Translations under genes and position numbers: made by a program | The notes under the pieces: generated by a model | Databases searched by the model: none | Told to the model about the DNA's origin: nothing | The model's input: only the letters and a program-made list of their open reading frames with translations | Assembly (NCBI GenBank): GCA_963704885.1 | Contig: CAVPIB010000001.1 | Span: 288,001 to 352,000 of the forward strand | DNA: 64,000 nucleotides | DNA from: an uncultured Actinomycetes bacterium | GTDB lineage: Bacteria > Actinomycetota > UBA4738 > HRBIN12 | Reading direction: 5' to 3' | Part shown: positions 37,797 through 48,697 of the stretch, piece by piece | How the letters are laid out: each line of letters starts with the position of its first letter | Numbering within the stretch: position 1 is the first letter of the stretch

Positions 37797-39038
37797 CTAG
37801 AAGCGGTCGGGACGGAAGGGCTCCAGTGAGACTGACGATGGTGTCCCGGTCGCGAGCTCGGCGACCAGCTTGCCGGTCGCGGGGGACTGCGTGAACCCGA
37901 GCGTTCCGTGGCCGGCCGCAACGATGACCCCGTCCACCCCCGGGACCCATCCGATGGCGGGCAGGTCGTCGGGCATGAGCGGGCGGAAGCCGAACCAAGC
38001 CTCGCCGTCGTCGGCCGGGGCGTTCCGCATGGCTGCACGCCCGGCGCGGACGACTGCGTCGTAGCGCCGAGCGTCCGGCGCCGTGCGGAACCCGGCCAGC
38101 TCGAGCGTCCCGGCGAAGCGCACGCGATCCCCGAGCGGCAGCACGACCACGTGGGACTCGTCGAGCATGATGGGCGACGAAGGTGCACCCTCCCAGGCCG
38201 GGATGGTGCAGCTGTAGCCAGTCGCGGGCTGGATCGGCAGATGGAGCCCGAGCGGCGCTGTGAGCGAAGGTGTCCAGGCCCCCGCGGCCAGCACCACGAG
38301 GTCGGCGGGAACCTCCTCGCCGGAGGCCGTCAGCACGCCGGTCGCCCGACCGCCGCTGACCAACACGCGCTCAGTGGGCGTTGTAGTTCGAACAGGCACT
38401 CCGCGTCGGGCGAGCCCGTCCGAGAGCGATCGGACGTAAGCCCAGCAGTCACCGGAACCTTGATCATCGATCAGGAGCGCGCCAAGGACGGCTGACGAGA
38501 GCGCCGGCTCGAGTTCGAGCACCTCATCCTGCTCGAGCACACGCGCATCGAAACCCAGGTCGTACAGCTCGTCACAGGACGCCAGCGCTCGCCCTTGCCA
38601 GCCGTCCGACATGTACGCGTTCAACAACGCTCCGCGGCGAAAGCCGAAGTCGACCTCCCCGTCGCTCTGGAGCACCTCGAACAGGTCGAGGCTGAGCCGG
38701 CTGAGCTCGGTAAGAGCTCCGGTCGCCCGCCGATAGAGCTCCGGCGTGCACGAGCGGCGGAACGTCAGCAGCCAACGCGCCAGGGCCGGGTCCGGGCGGG
38801 GGCGGATGGTGAAGGGGCCGTCGCGACGCATCAGGTGCCGCAGCCCTTCGCGGATCACGCCCGGGGCAGGGAGCGCGTTCGAGTGGCCGGGAACGATCAA
38901 ACCGGCGTTGGCGAAAGAACAGCCGCCTGCGATCTTGCCGCGCTCCAGGATCGTTACGTCGAGGCCCGCCTCGGCGAGGTGGTGCGCGCACGCTACGCCG
39001 ATAGCGCCGCCGCCGACGACCACTGCACGCTCGCCCAC
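37797..39038 (-). CDS. FAD-dependent oxidoreductase, D-amino acid dehydrogenase family
   Basis: VVGGGAIG, SFANAG, GFRPLMPD and GHGTLG. Confidence 0.9.
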   Translation of the reverse strand: MGERAVVVGGGAIGVACAHHLAEAGLDVTILERGKIAGGCSFANAGLIVPGHSNALPAPGVIREGLRHLMRRDGPFTIRPRPDPALARWLLTFRRSCTPELYRRATGALTELSRLSLDLFEVLQSDGEVDFGFRRGALLNAYMSDGWQGRALASCDELYDLGFDARVLEQDEVLELEPALSSAVLGALLIDDQGSGDCWAYVRSLSDGLARRGVPVRTTTPTERVLVSGGRATGVLTASGEEVPADLVVLAAGAWTPSLTAPLGLHLPIQPATGYSCTIPAWEGAPSSPIMLDESHVVVLPLGDRVRFAGTLELAGFRTAPDARRYDAVVRAGRAAMRNAPADDGEAWFGFRPLMPDDLPAIGWVPGVDGVIVAAGHGTLGFTQSPATGKLVAELATGTPSSVSLEPFRPDRF

Positions 39039-39122
39039 GCCGACAGCCTACGGTCCGAACGTTCCCGCCGAGCCCGTCGGTCTACCGGCTCATGGGAGCT
39101 GGAGGCCCTAGCATGGAGCCGG

Positions 39123-39668
39123 ATGCTTCCCCGCAGGTCGGTCTCCGTGCTCCTCATCGCTGCGACCGCCTCGCTATGGCTGGCGCCGTCCGCTTCGGCG
39201 GGGATCCAAGCGGGTCGCTATGCGGTCGGGGATTCGGTGATGCTCGGCGCCCGCGACGAGCTGCGGGCCGGTGGGTTCGTCGTCGACGCTGTGGAGAGCC
39301 GGCAGTACTACCAGGCTGCGGCGGTCGTCCGACGGAAGGCGGCGAACGGGCATCTCCCCTTGAACGTGATCGTCCATGTGGGCACGAACGGCCTGCTGGA
39401 GGGCGTGGATTGCGATCGTGTGGTGAGGGCGGCGGGCGCTCGCCGCCGCGTGTTCCTGGTGACACTCAAGGTGCCGCGTCCCCATCGCGAGCCGAACAAC
39501 GCCCGGCTGCGCGCCTGCGCCCGCCGTCACGTCAACGCGTCGGTGATCGATTGGTACGGGCACAGCCGCCGCCATGCCGCGTGGTTCTACAGCGACGGCT
39601 TCCATCTCACGCCGGCCGGGCAGCGGGCTTACGCGGCCTTCATCGACCGGAGCGTGGACGCCGCCTGA
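39123..39668 (+). CDS. Secreted SGNH-family protein (like the OatA C-terminal domain)
   Basis: Signal peptide; GDSV, GTN and DGFH catalytic motifs. Confidence 0.8.
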   Translation: MLPRRSVSVLLIAATASLWLAPSASAGIQAGRYAVGDSVMLGARDELRAGGFVVDAVESRQYYQAAAVVRRKAANGHLPLNVIVHVGTNGLLEGVDCDRVVRAAGARRRVFLVTLKVPRPHREPNNARLRACARRHVNASVIDWYGHSRRHAAWFYSDGFHLTPAGQRAYAAFIDRSVDAA

Positions 39669-39698
39669 GGAGCTTGCGGTCCCCGCTAGACTCGTCGC

Positions 39699-39788
39699 GG
39701 TGGCCTGCCCGAGCGGCCTAAGGGGCACGCCTGGAAAGCGTGTAGGGGGGCAACTCCCTCGCGGGTTCAAATCCCGCGGCCACCGCCA
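39699..39788 (+). tRNA. tRNA-Ser(GGA)
   Basis: GGTGGCC/GGCCACC acceptor stem, CACGC-CTGGAAA-GCGTG anticodon arm, encoded CCA. Confidence 0.95.
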
Positions 39789-39803
39789 GAGATCGATCGT
39801 CGG

Positions 39804-42800
39804 CTACGCGCGAGTCATGCGTTCACGCGTCTCGGCCGCGTGCCAGTCCATGCCCATGGCCTCGAACCGCGCGATCGCCTGAGCGAGCAGATCGTCGTCC
39901 TCGCGGGCGAACCCTAAGCCTCGAAGGGCGAACGGCTCGACGTAGGCTCCAGGCTTGACGAGCGCCGGTGCCTCCTCTTTCGATCTCCGACCGCCGTCCC
40001 ACCAGGACGAGGGCATCGAGCCTCGCGACCTGCCCGTCGAAGTCTTCGAATCCCTCTGGGCTCCATGTACCCAGCTTCCGTTCGACCTCATCCAGATCGC
40101 CTCGGGCGACGGCGATCAGGACCCGGATGGGTTCCACCAGGAAGACGTAGCCCTCGAAGCCGAGATCGGCAGCCTGCCCTTCGAGACGCCTCGCACCGGG
40201 TTCGTCGCCCAGATGAACGGACGAGAGCGCGCATGTGAGATGCGACGTGAGGCTCAGCACACAGGGGGTCGATAGGTTCGCTGCGACCGCCGCCTCCGCC
40301 CGCGGCGTGAGGTCGCGAACCGCGTCCCATCGACCGGCCATCGCTTCGACGCGGATGAATCCCCACGCGGCGTGCAAGCGATGATGCGTCGACAGGTTGC
40401 TCGTCACGCCGTCGTTGGCCTCGGCGAGCATCCGAGCTTCGTCGAGCTCGCCGGCTGCGATGAACGCGGGCACCGAGTACCCGTAGATCAAGGAGATGTG
40501 GTCGAGGTCGGTCAGCGACGGCACGAGCTCCAGGCGGCGTCGCGCCCACGTGGCGGCTTCGCCGTACTCGCCGCGCGCGGAAGCGAGCGAGGCACGCGCC
40601 TCTAGGCCGAACGACTGCAGCTCGAGATCGTCCAGTCGGTTCGCGATCTCACAAGCCTCGTCCACGAGATCGGATGACGCCAAGGGGTCTTCGAACGACC
40701 GCGCCATGAGCGCCTTGGCCCGCGCTGGGCTTCCGGGCACGGCGAGTTCAAGGGCTTGCCCGATCCACGCCTCGATGAGGTCATCATCAAGTCGACGCTT
40801 CCACATCCCTCCCCGCAGCGACGATTGGAAGGCGAGCTCCGCGTACACATCGGCATCGGCACCGCGATCGTCCGATGACGACAACGCTTCCAGCATCGCC
40901 ACTCGGAAGCCCTCACCGTCGAACTTGAGGATGTTGGCGCGGCCGATCTGCCGCCAGAGCGATGCTCGTCGTTCGTCATCCGCCTCGAGTCCGAGGGCTC
41001 GATGCAGTAGCGCCAACCCGTCGTCGATCTCCATCCTGCCGATCGAGAGCTCGGCTGCCCGGAGGAGCCAAGTGAGCGCATCCGCCCTGAGCTCCTCGAG
41101 CGCCGCCTCGTCACCCGACCACGCGAGGTCGGCGTCCTCGGGCGCTACCGCCGCCGCAAGGTGATGGGCCAGGACCGACGCGAGCTCGTCTGATGCCCCC
41201 ACCGTCCGCTCGAGCCATCGGGCGAAGGCCGCGTGCATGTGCGCCCGACTAGCTTTCGGAAGGCTCGCGTACGCGACCTCGCGGGTGAGCGCGTGCTTGA
41301 TCGCGTATTCGCGATCCCCCTCGATCGTGGAGCCGGCTCTGCGCCGGATGAGGTCGCGCTCCTCGAGGATCCCCAGGTCCGGTTCCGCCTCGTCCACCAG
41401 GTCGTAGACGGGCCCCGCCCAGAAGATCCGCCCGATCACCGAGGCGGCCTGCAGCGCATGCTTCTCCGCGGGTTCGAGCAGGTCGATCCGAGCGGCGACG
41501 ACCGCCTGCACAGTATCCGGCACCGAGAAGTCTGAGGGCAGCTCGGCCAGTGTCCAGGACCCGTTGCTGCGCATCAGCAGTCCGCGATCGAGCAACGTGC
41601 CGAGGACCTCTTCGACGAAGAACGGGTTCCCCTCGGCTCGCTGGATGACCACTTCGCGCAGGCCGGTTGGGAGCGTGCCTCCCAGCAGTTCGTCGAGCAT
41701 CCCGGCGGCGTCGTCCGTCGAGAGTGCCTCGAGTGGGATCGTCTCACCGGGGACCCGCGCGCCCCATCCCGGTCGCCGGTCGACGTACTCCGGCCGCGCG
41801 GTGGCGATTATCAGTAGGGGCTCGGTCACGTCGCGGAGGATCCGTTCCAGGAGATCGAGCAACGGCTCCTCGCCCCAGTGGATGTCCTCTATGAGCATGA
41901 CCGTGGTCCGCTGCGAGGCGACCTCCCCTAGGAAGTCGACCCAGGCGTCCTGGAACCGATCCCGAGCAGCGAGGGGGTGAAGGTCCTGTGCCACGTCCAG
42001 CCCGAACGTGAGCCCGAGGATCTTCCGCGAGCCGAGTCGCGTGAGCGCCACCGACGGCGGATCGCTCTCGAGGATCCGGAGGTGCTCCCTGAGCACCTCC
42101 GCCAGAGGCCAGTAAGCGACGCCCTTGCCGTAGGAAAGGCACCGCCCGGTCCTACGGAACGGTTCCGGCGAGCGAGCGCCCAAACGTTCCCAGAACTCGC
42201 GAACGAGGCGGGTCTTCCCTACGCCTGCGTCCCCCAGGATGGTCACGAGCCGTGGCTCCCGGAGGCTCTCGACCTGCTCATACGCCTGCTCGAGCGACCG
42301 CATCTGCTCGTCTCGACCGACGAACGCCTGGCCCAGGCCCGAGACGCCGCGAGGGCGCATGAGCGACAGCGCCCGCAAGAGTCGCCGACACTCCACGCCG
42401 TCGGGTTTGCCCTTCGCTTCGATCGTCTGCGGCTCGGCGAACTCGAACGCGCCGCGAACGGCGGATACCGTCCTCTCGCCGACCAAGATGTCGCCTGGCT
42501 CGGCTGCCTGTTCCAGGCGGGCGGCGACGTTGACGGGGTCTCCGGTGACGAACGAGCTCCCCTCACGCGGTCTGCCCACGACGACATCACCCGTGTTGAC
42601 CCCGATGCGCAGGGCGAGCGCTTCCCCGAAGAGCTCCCCCAGGCGGTGCTGCATCGCGAGTGCGGCATGAAGGGCTCGCTCCGCGTGATCCTCCAGCGAA
42701 GTGGGCGCGCCGAACGCTGCCATCACCGCGTCACCGACGAACTTCTCGATCGTGCCGCCGGCGGCCTCGATCTCTTGGGTCATGGCGTCGTAGAAGCGCT

Positions 42801-42990
42801 CCAGCAGCGCGCGTGTTCTCTCAGGATCCTGCGAACCGGCGAGCGCGGTCGACCCCACGAGGTCCGCGAAGATGACCGTCGCGAGCTTGCGCTCGGTCTG
42901 CACCTCAGACGACTCGACCGGGGCCGCGCATGCAGGGCAGAAACGTGCGCCGGCAGGCACGGCGGCACCGCAGGCGGGGCAGGCGTCCAT
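39804..42990 (-). CDS. Class III adenylate/guanylate cyclase with zinc ribbon, AAA ATPase and helical repeat tail; apparent frameshift near 39977
   Basis: CPACG..CPAC, FADLVGST, KFVGDAVM, GDPVNVAARL and GDAGVGKT; C-terminus EAPALVKPG...WHAAETR continues in the 39804 frame. Confidence 0.88.
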
Positions 42991-43069
42991 GGCACCGAAG
43001 CGTATGCGCGGTCGCTTCAGGGCGCCACCTTGCCCCAAGGGGTGGTGTGGGCAGGTCCTATGGTGGCCG

Positions 43070-43972
43070 CTAGAGATCGATAACCAGGTGCGTGTAGGAC
43101 TCGCGCACGTGCATCCCGACCTTCTCGTAGAGCGCAAGCGCGCCCGTGTTCGAGTCGGTCGAGAGCGCCGTGGTAGGAAAGCCGCGATCGAACGCGCGCT
43201 GGAACGCCACCTGAAGGAGGGCCCGCGCGATCCCCCGGTCGCGGTGGTCGCGACGGACCGCGAGCTTATCCACCCAGACCTCTTCCGAGTCGATCAGGAA
43301 CGCTCCGCCCACGATCTGGTCGCCGCCGAGCGCCAGGACCAGGTCCTCGGGTTCGAAGCCCTCCCGTTCGATGGTCATGGCCCGCCAGGTGCCGAGCGTC
43401 GATGGGAAGCGGTCGGGCCATTCGCCGAACGCGTCCTCGAACATCGTGAGAGCCTCGTCCTCGTCGCCGGATAGGTAGGCGCGCAGCGTGATCCCGTCGG
43501 GCGGCGTGGGATCGGAGGGGCGTTCTGCGTGCTCTTTGGACAGGATCCACGAAGTGCGTCTGTGGGTGTAGCCGGCCGCCACCAGTAGATCGATCGAGTC
43601 GGTTGCCCGGTCGTTGATCGTCTGCCCGACCCGCTGTGCGCCTCGCTCCCTCGCTCGGCGCTCGGTCCAGCCGCGCAGCCAGGTGCCGATCCCAAGACCG
43701 CGCGAGTCCGGGTGCACGTCCACCCAGGCCCCCCGGAGGTTCGGCAAGAACCCCCACCCGACCAGCTCGCCTGCTCGGGTGACGATAGCCGTGTCCAGCG
43801 CTGGATCGAGGCCCTCGGTCCGCAGGTCCGAGAGGAGGTCCTCGCGCTCCCACATGATGAAACCCACGTCGTGGCGTTCGCAGATGTTAGCGAGCGCCAC
43901 GACGTCGTCGATGTCTTCCTGGGTGAGTGATCGACGCTGGAGGTCGACGGGGAGCTCTAGGGGAGCGTCCAT
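43070..43972 (-). CDS. Tandem GNAT acetyltransferase
   Basis: VHPDSRGLGIG and VRRDHRDRGIA motifs; ALALYEKVGM. Confidence 0.88.
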   Translation of the reverse strand: MDAPLELPVDLQRRSLTQEDIDDVVALANICERHDVGFIMWEREDLLSDLRTEGLDPALDTAIVTRAGELVGWGFLPNLRGAWVDVHPDSRGLGIGTWLRGWTERRARERGAQRVGQTINDRATDSIDLLVAAGYTHRRTSWILSKEHAERPSDPTPPDGITLRAYLSGDEDEALTMFEDAFGEWPDRFPSTLGTWRAMTIEREGFEPEDLVLALGGDQIVGGAFLIDSEEVWVDKLAVRRDHRDRGIARALLQVAFQRAFDRGFPTTALSTDSNTGALALYEKVGMHVRESYTHLVIDL

Positions 43973-44655
43973 CCCGGACACTGTAGGGGAGCGATCGCGC
44001 CCGGCAGCTCCCTGATCGACTCCAGGGTGCGTCGAACGTCATCGAAGTCGTTCCACGGAAGGAACGGCACCCCATCGGAGAGGCAGAAGCCCACCAGGTC
44101 ATTCTTCGCGAAAGTGACATCAGCGTAGAGCGCTGCGTAGCGATCGGTCTGTCCATCACCTACGAAGGCCGTCGGGCCACGCTCCGCATGGCGCAAGACG
44201 GCCTGCATCTTGCAGGTTCCGCAGCCCACGCACGAAGGGTGCGCGTTCACGAACCGCAGACCATCGGGCCTGTCGTTCGTCCATCGCTGCTCGTTCGTTA
44301 TGACCGCGACGTGGCCCAAACCGGCAGCCTCCAGCAACGGCTCGACGTAGAACGCGAACCCGTCCGAAACGACCGCGACGTCGAGGTCGTTCGACTCGCA
44401 CCATCGGATGAACGGCGCGAACGTGGGGTCGAGCGAGCCGTGTCGGAGCGCGAACGACACCAGCGTCTCGCGGTCGGCGTCGAGCATCCGGTCCTGCGCC
44501 TGGATCGCCTCGCGCAAGCCGATCTCGCCGCGACGGAACGTGTCGTCGTACTCGGGCCACGAAGGGTCGGCGAACTCGTTCAGCAGCCGCTGCGTGACGT
44601 CGACCGCCGACGCCGTTCCATCGAAGTCGACCAACACGGATCGGATCGGGAGCAT
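43957..44655 (-). CDS. HAD phosphatase, MtnX-like (IB)
   Basis: DFDGT, VSDG, CGTCK and GDGQTD. Confidence 0.85.
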   Translation of the reverse strand: MLPIRSVLVDFDGTASAVDVTQRLLNEFADPSWPEYDDTFRRGEIGLREAIQAQDRMLDADRETLVSFALRHGSLDPTFAPFIRWCESNDLDVAVVSDGFAFYVEPLLEAAGLGHVAVITNEQRWTNDRPDGLRFVNAHPSCVGCGTCKMQAVLRHAERGPTAFVGDGQTDRYAALYADVTFAKNDLVGFCLSDGVPFLPWNDFDDVRRTLESIRELPGAIAPLQCPGWTLP

Positions 44656-44684
44656 CGGAGAAGGCTACCTGCGACACTCCGCGC

Positions 44685-45452
44685 GTGAACGACGTGCTCG
44701 ATCGGATCCGCGCGGCCTACGTCGAAGGCTCGCGCAAGCGGGCGCTCTCGGTCGATGGCGGCGAGGTCATAGAGGTCGACGGCCTGGTGGTCGCTCTGAC
44801 GAATCTCCCCGAACCGGCTTTGAATGGTGCCGTCGTTGCCCGGGAACCGGAAGACTCCGATGCGGCCCTCGCTGTCGCAGAGCAGGAGTTCCGCCGCCGC
44901 GGTCACCCGTTCTTCGGTATCGAGCTGGAGCGTGGGCGACATCCTGCGGTGGAGGAAGCCGTGAAGCGCGCCGGGCTGACCCTCCTCCTTTCACATGCGG
45001 CGATGTCGGCGCGCCAGGCGGACCTGCCTTCCGGTGGTGCCGTTCCCGTCGGGGTTCGCATCGAACGTCTGGAGGATCCGAGCGGGCTTCCCGATCTTCG
45101 AGCGGTGGACCTGGACGCATTCGGGGGCGATCCGGACGTCACCGCTCGTTTCTTGGGCCCGGGAGCGCTGGCGGCGGACCATAGCCGGGTGTTCCTGGCG
45201 TGGGAGGATGGTCGCGCGATCGGCGCGGGCACGGCCTGGTCGCTCTTGGGGACGATCGGCATCTTCGGCGTGGCGGTTATGGAACGCGCACGTGGTCGAG
45301 GGATCGGCGCCGCGCTGACGATCGAGGCCGCCCGCGCGTTCGGTGACCAGGTCGACCTGGCATGGCTGCATCCGACGGATCTAGCGCGGCCACTTTACGA
45401 GCGGCTCGGTTTCCGCGCCGTCGCGGACTGGGACATCTGGGTCAGGCCTTAG
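44685..45452 (+). CDS. GNAT acetyltransferase
   Basis: RARGRGIG and LYERLGF. Confidence 0.85.
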   Translation: MNDVLDRIRAAYVEGSRKRALSVDGGEVIEVDGLVVALTNLPEPALNGAVVAREPEDSDAALAVAEQEFRRRGHPFFGIELERGRHPAVEEAVKRAGLTLLLSHAAMSARQADLPSGGAVPVGVRIERLEDPSGLPDLRAVDLDAFGGDPDVTARFLGPGALAADHSRVFLAWEDGRAIGAGTAWSLLGTIGIFGVAVMERARGRGIGAALTIEAARAFGDQVDLAWLHPTDLARPLYERLGFRAVADWDIWVRP

Positions 45453-45493
45453 ACCGGGAACGGCTGTCTGGGGCCGCGCGTATACTCGCCCGC

Positions 45494-45768
45494 GTGACCG
45501 TGCTAGGCGGGGAGGTAGCGGTTCCCTGTACCCGAGATCCGCTTTCGCGGGGCTGAATCCCCGCCCGAGGCCCGGATGGTCCGGGGCAGCTCTGGGCACG
45601 GAGCGTTGATGGTTCGGGTCCTGCGCGACGCCAACCTGCGAACCCGGTCAGATCCGGAAGGAAGCAGCCGTAAGCGGGCGCTGGCGGGTGCCGTAGGGGT
45701 GCCTGGCCGGAGCTACCGGCCCGGGAAGCGCTCGAGTCGTCCGTGGTCGACGGCGGGTGCACGGTCAC
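45494..45768 (+). ncRNA. ffs: Signal recognition particle RNA, large (Alu-domain) type
   Basis: Terminal helix GTGACCGTGC/GCACGGTCAC, 5' GCGGGGAGGTAGCGGT Alu segment, helix 8 GTCAGATCCGGAAGGAAGCAGC; TATACT -10 box at 45481; upstream of dnaX. Confidence 0.95.
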
Positions 45769-45786
45769 ATCACTTGTAGGAGCGAC

Positions 45787-47529
45787 GTGGCGGACGAGAA
45801 GCAGCACCAAGCGCTGTACAGGCGGTACCGGCCGCAGACGCCGGCCGAGGTCCTGGGGCAGGACCATGTGGTCCGCGCCCTGACCGGGGCCATCCGCGAG
45901 GGTCGGCTCCACCATGCCTTCCTCTTCTGTGGCCCGCGGGGGACCGGCAAGACATCCACCGCCCGGATCCTGGCCAAGATGGTCAACTGCGAGCTCGGTC
46001 CCACCGCCGAGCCGTGCGGCACATGCACCCAATGCGTGGCCATCCGCGAAGGACAGCACCTCGATGTCGTGGAGATCGACGCGGCCTCGCACGGAGGTGT
46101 TGAGGACGCCCGCGAGCTCCGCGAACGGGCACCCACGGCGCCGGCGATGGGCCGCGAGAAGGTCTACATCATCGACGAGGCGCAGCGGCTCTCACGCGAG
46201 GCGTTCGACGCACTGCTGAAGGTCTTCGAAGAGCCGCCCGAGGGGGTCCGGTTCGTCCTGGCGACCACCGAGCCTCACAAGATGCCGGCCACGATCGTGG
46301 GTCGGTGCCAGAGGTTCGACTTCCGGCGGCTCACCATGGAGACGCTGGCCGCGCAGCTCCGGTCGATCGCGGAGTCGGAGGGCGCAACGATCACCGACTC
46401 CGCGGCGCTCACCATCGCTCGCCAGGCGGAGGGGTCTTCGCGCGACGCACTCTCCCTTCTGGATCAGGCGAGCGTCATGGGCGGCGAGACCATCGATGAC
46501 GCCGTGGTCCAGGCGCTGCTCGGCGCCCCCCGCGGCGAGGTGCAGCACGAGTTGGCGGACGCCGTCGCGGTGGGCGACGCGCGCACCGCGTTCCAGATCG
46601 TGAACCGCCTGGTCCAAGACGGCCAGGACCTCCGCAACGTCACCGCCGAGGCGCTTGCCCACTTCCGCAACCTACTCCTGGTCAAGACCGCGCCCGGTCA
46701 GGAGGATCTCCTCGACATCCAGGCCGACGGCTACGAGCAGCTTCGCGTGCAGTCCGAGAGGTACACGCCCGGCGAGCTCGCCCGGGTCATCTCTCTCCTC
46801 CTGGCCGCCCAGGCTGACATGCGTTGGACGACATCGCCGCGTCTGTCCCTGGAGCTGGCGCTGGTGCGAGCCACCATGCCCGAGACCGATCCCAACCCGG
46901 CGGGAGTCGTCGCCAGGCTCGAGCGCTTGGAGCGGCTGGCGAACGTCGACGTCGCGTCGGTCACCGTTGCGGATGAGGTTCCTCCCGTCGCCGTCCAGGA
47001 AGTTGCTCCGGTGGCGCCCGTCGCGCCCGCCGAGGAAGAGCCAGCCGATAGCGCTCCGGCTCCGAGCACTCCGGCTCCCACCGTCCCGACGGCGCCCACG
47101 TTGGATGCCGAGACGGTTCGGCACGCGGCCGACGCCGGTGCCGTGGATGTCGCCATGCTTCGTCGAGGGTGGCCATCGCTCCTGGACCACCTGCAGTCGA
47201 CTCGGCAGATGATCCTGAAGGCGTCGCTCGAGAGCGCCACCGTGGCGGACTTCGATGGGCAGACGCTGGAGCTCGCGTTCCCGCCCGATAAGCGGTTCAC
47301 GGTGGGGAAGGTTGAGGCGAAGGCGGACCTCCTTCAGGCGGCGCTGTCTGATCTGTTCGGGATCCGGCCTGCGATCTCCTGCGTCGTACGCGAGGCCCGC
47401 GATCTGGGCGGTGGCCCAACGTTGATAGAGATCGTCGACGAGGAGGATCCGCCATCGGAAGAGGAGGCGCTCCGGCGCGTGCAGGAGATGTTCGGGGCGA
47501 AGGCCACGGCCTCGGACCCGGCGGAGTAG
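45787..47529 (+). CDS. dnaX: DNA polymerase III subunit gamma/tau
   Basis: ALYRRYRP, GPRGTGKT, EIDAAS, IIDEA and GRCQRF. Confidence 0.96.
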   Translation: MADEKQHQALYRRYRPQTPAEVLGQDHVVRALTGAIREGRLHHAFLFCGPRGTGKTSTARILAKMVNCELGPTAEPCGTCTQCVAIREGQHLDVVEIDAASHGGVEDARELRERAPTAPAMGREKVYIIDEAQRLSREAFDALLKVFEEPPEGVRFVLATTEPHKMPATIVGRCQRFDFRRLTMETLAAQLRSIAESEGATITDSAALTIARQAEGSSRDALSLLDQASVMGGETIDDAVVQALLGAPRGEVQHELADAVAVGDARTAFQIVNRLVQDGQDLRNVTAEALAHFRNLLLVKTAPGQEDLLDIQADGYEQLRVQSERYTPGELARVISLLLAAQADMRWTTSPRLSLELALVRATMPETDPNPAGVVARLERLERLANVDVASVTVADEVPPVAVQEVAPVAPVAPAEEEPADSAPAPSTPAPTVPTAPTLDAETVRHAADAGAVDVAMLRRGWPSLLDHLQSTRQMILKASLESATVADFDGQTLELAFPPDKRFTVGKVEAKADLLQAALSDLFGIRPAISCVVREARDLGGGPTLIEIVDEEDPPSEEEALRRVQEMFGAKATASDPAE

Positions 47530-47532
47530 CGA

Positions 47533-48129
47533 GTGGCCTACGAGGGTCCGATCCAGGAACTGATCGATCAGCTCGCTCGCCTGCCGGGGATCGGCCCCAA
47601 GTCCGCGCAGCGCCTGGCGTTCTGGCTGGTCAAGGCTCCGGCCGAGGACGCCAATCGTCTGGCCGCCGCGATAGTCCAGGCCAAGGAACGGATCTTCTTC
47701 TGCCGCGAATGCGGGAACGTGGCCGAGGGGGATCTCTGCCGCGTCTGCCGTGACGAGTCGCGCGATCGCACAATGCTTTGCGTTGTCGAGGAGCCGAAGG
47801 ACGCCGCAACCATCGAGAAGGCCGCGCTGATCAAGGGCCGCTACCACATCCTGGGCGGCGCGATCAGCCCGCTCGACGGGATCGGCCCCGAGGATCTTCG
47901 TGTGCAAGAGCTCCTTGATCGCGTCGAGCGCGACCACGTCACCGAGGTGATCCTTGCGACGAACCCTAACCTCGAGGGCAACGCGACCGCGATGTACGTG
48001 GCAGCGCTGCTGAAGCCGTCGGGGATCCGGGTCACCCGCTTGGCGAGCGGTCTGCCGGTGGGAGGGGACCTTGAGTACGCCGATGAGGTGACGCTCTCGC
48101 AAGCCCTCGAGGGCCGCCGCGAGATGTGA
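47533..48129 (+). CDS. recR: Recombination protein RecR
   Basis: [12 protein letters not shown]4 zinc finger, ILATNP and GGDLEYAD. Confidence 0.97.
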   Translation: MAYEGPIQELIDQLARLPGIGPKSAQRLAFWLVKAPAEDANRLAAAIVQAKERIFFCRECGNVAEGDLCRVCRDESRDRTMLCVVEEPKDAATIEKAALIKGRYHILGGAISPLDGIGPEDLRVQELLDRVERDHVTEVILATNPNLEGNATAMYVAALLKPSGIRVTRLASGLPVGGDLEYADEVTLSQALEGRREM

Positions 48130-48130
48130 C

Positions 48131-48697
48131 ATGGCTCGGCCCGACACCCGCCAGGTCGCCGATCGCGCGTTGATCCTCTACTCGCTCGTCCGTCGCGGTT
48201 ACATCGAGCACGTGATCGGCGGCAGCGACGGTGACCCGTTTCGGATACGACAGGGCGAGGCGGCGCGGGAGGAGACCGACCTATGGCTCGACCGCGAACA
48301 GCTCCGCGATGCCCTCGCCGACACGGAGCTGAACCTCTTAGCAGCGCCCTCGGGCTCGTGGCCGGCCGAGGCGACCGCCGACGCCCTGTGGCGCAAGGAG
48401 GCGCTCGGCACGCTGCTCTGGGCGCTTCAGCACTTGGCCGACATGCCCGACTACGGCGTCGAGTTCGAGCAGCAGGCGCTGGACGACGCGATCACGCGAT
48501 ACGGATCGGTCTCGGCGTTCCGCGAAGAGGGACTGCTCCGGGACGAACACGAGTTGGAGCGCGCGTGGATGGAGGCTGATGCCTGGTACGGGGCGACCGA
48601 GGGCCGCGGGGGCGACGACTCCTCGATCGCGTCGATCGCCGCCGAGCGCTACCGTGCGTTCAGTTGGCTGCGCGACGCCGACGCACGGCCAGCGTGA
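48131..48697 (+). CDS. DUF4272-like protein
   Basis: WRKEALGTLLWAL and ERYRAFSWL motifs. Confidence 0.7.
   Translation: MARPDTRQVADRALILYSLVRRGYIEHVIGGSDGDPFRIRQGEAAREETDLWLDREQLRDALADTELNLLAAPSGSWPAEATADALWRKEALGTLLWALQHLADMPDYGVEFEQQALDDAITRYGSVSAFREEGLLRDEHELERAWMEADAWYGATEGRGGDDSSIASIAAERYRAFSWLRDADARPA

Noticed and set aside
4174-39788. Integrative elements at tRNA 3' ends
   Set aside because: No integrase or transposase ORF and no duplicated tRNA 3' end noticed
39804-42990. Cyclase-AAA-helical repeat protein as an antiviral STAND system
   Set aside because: No defence-island context or effector neighbours; this architecture is a common actinobacterial signalling protein
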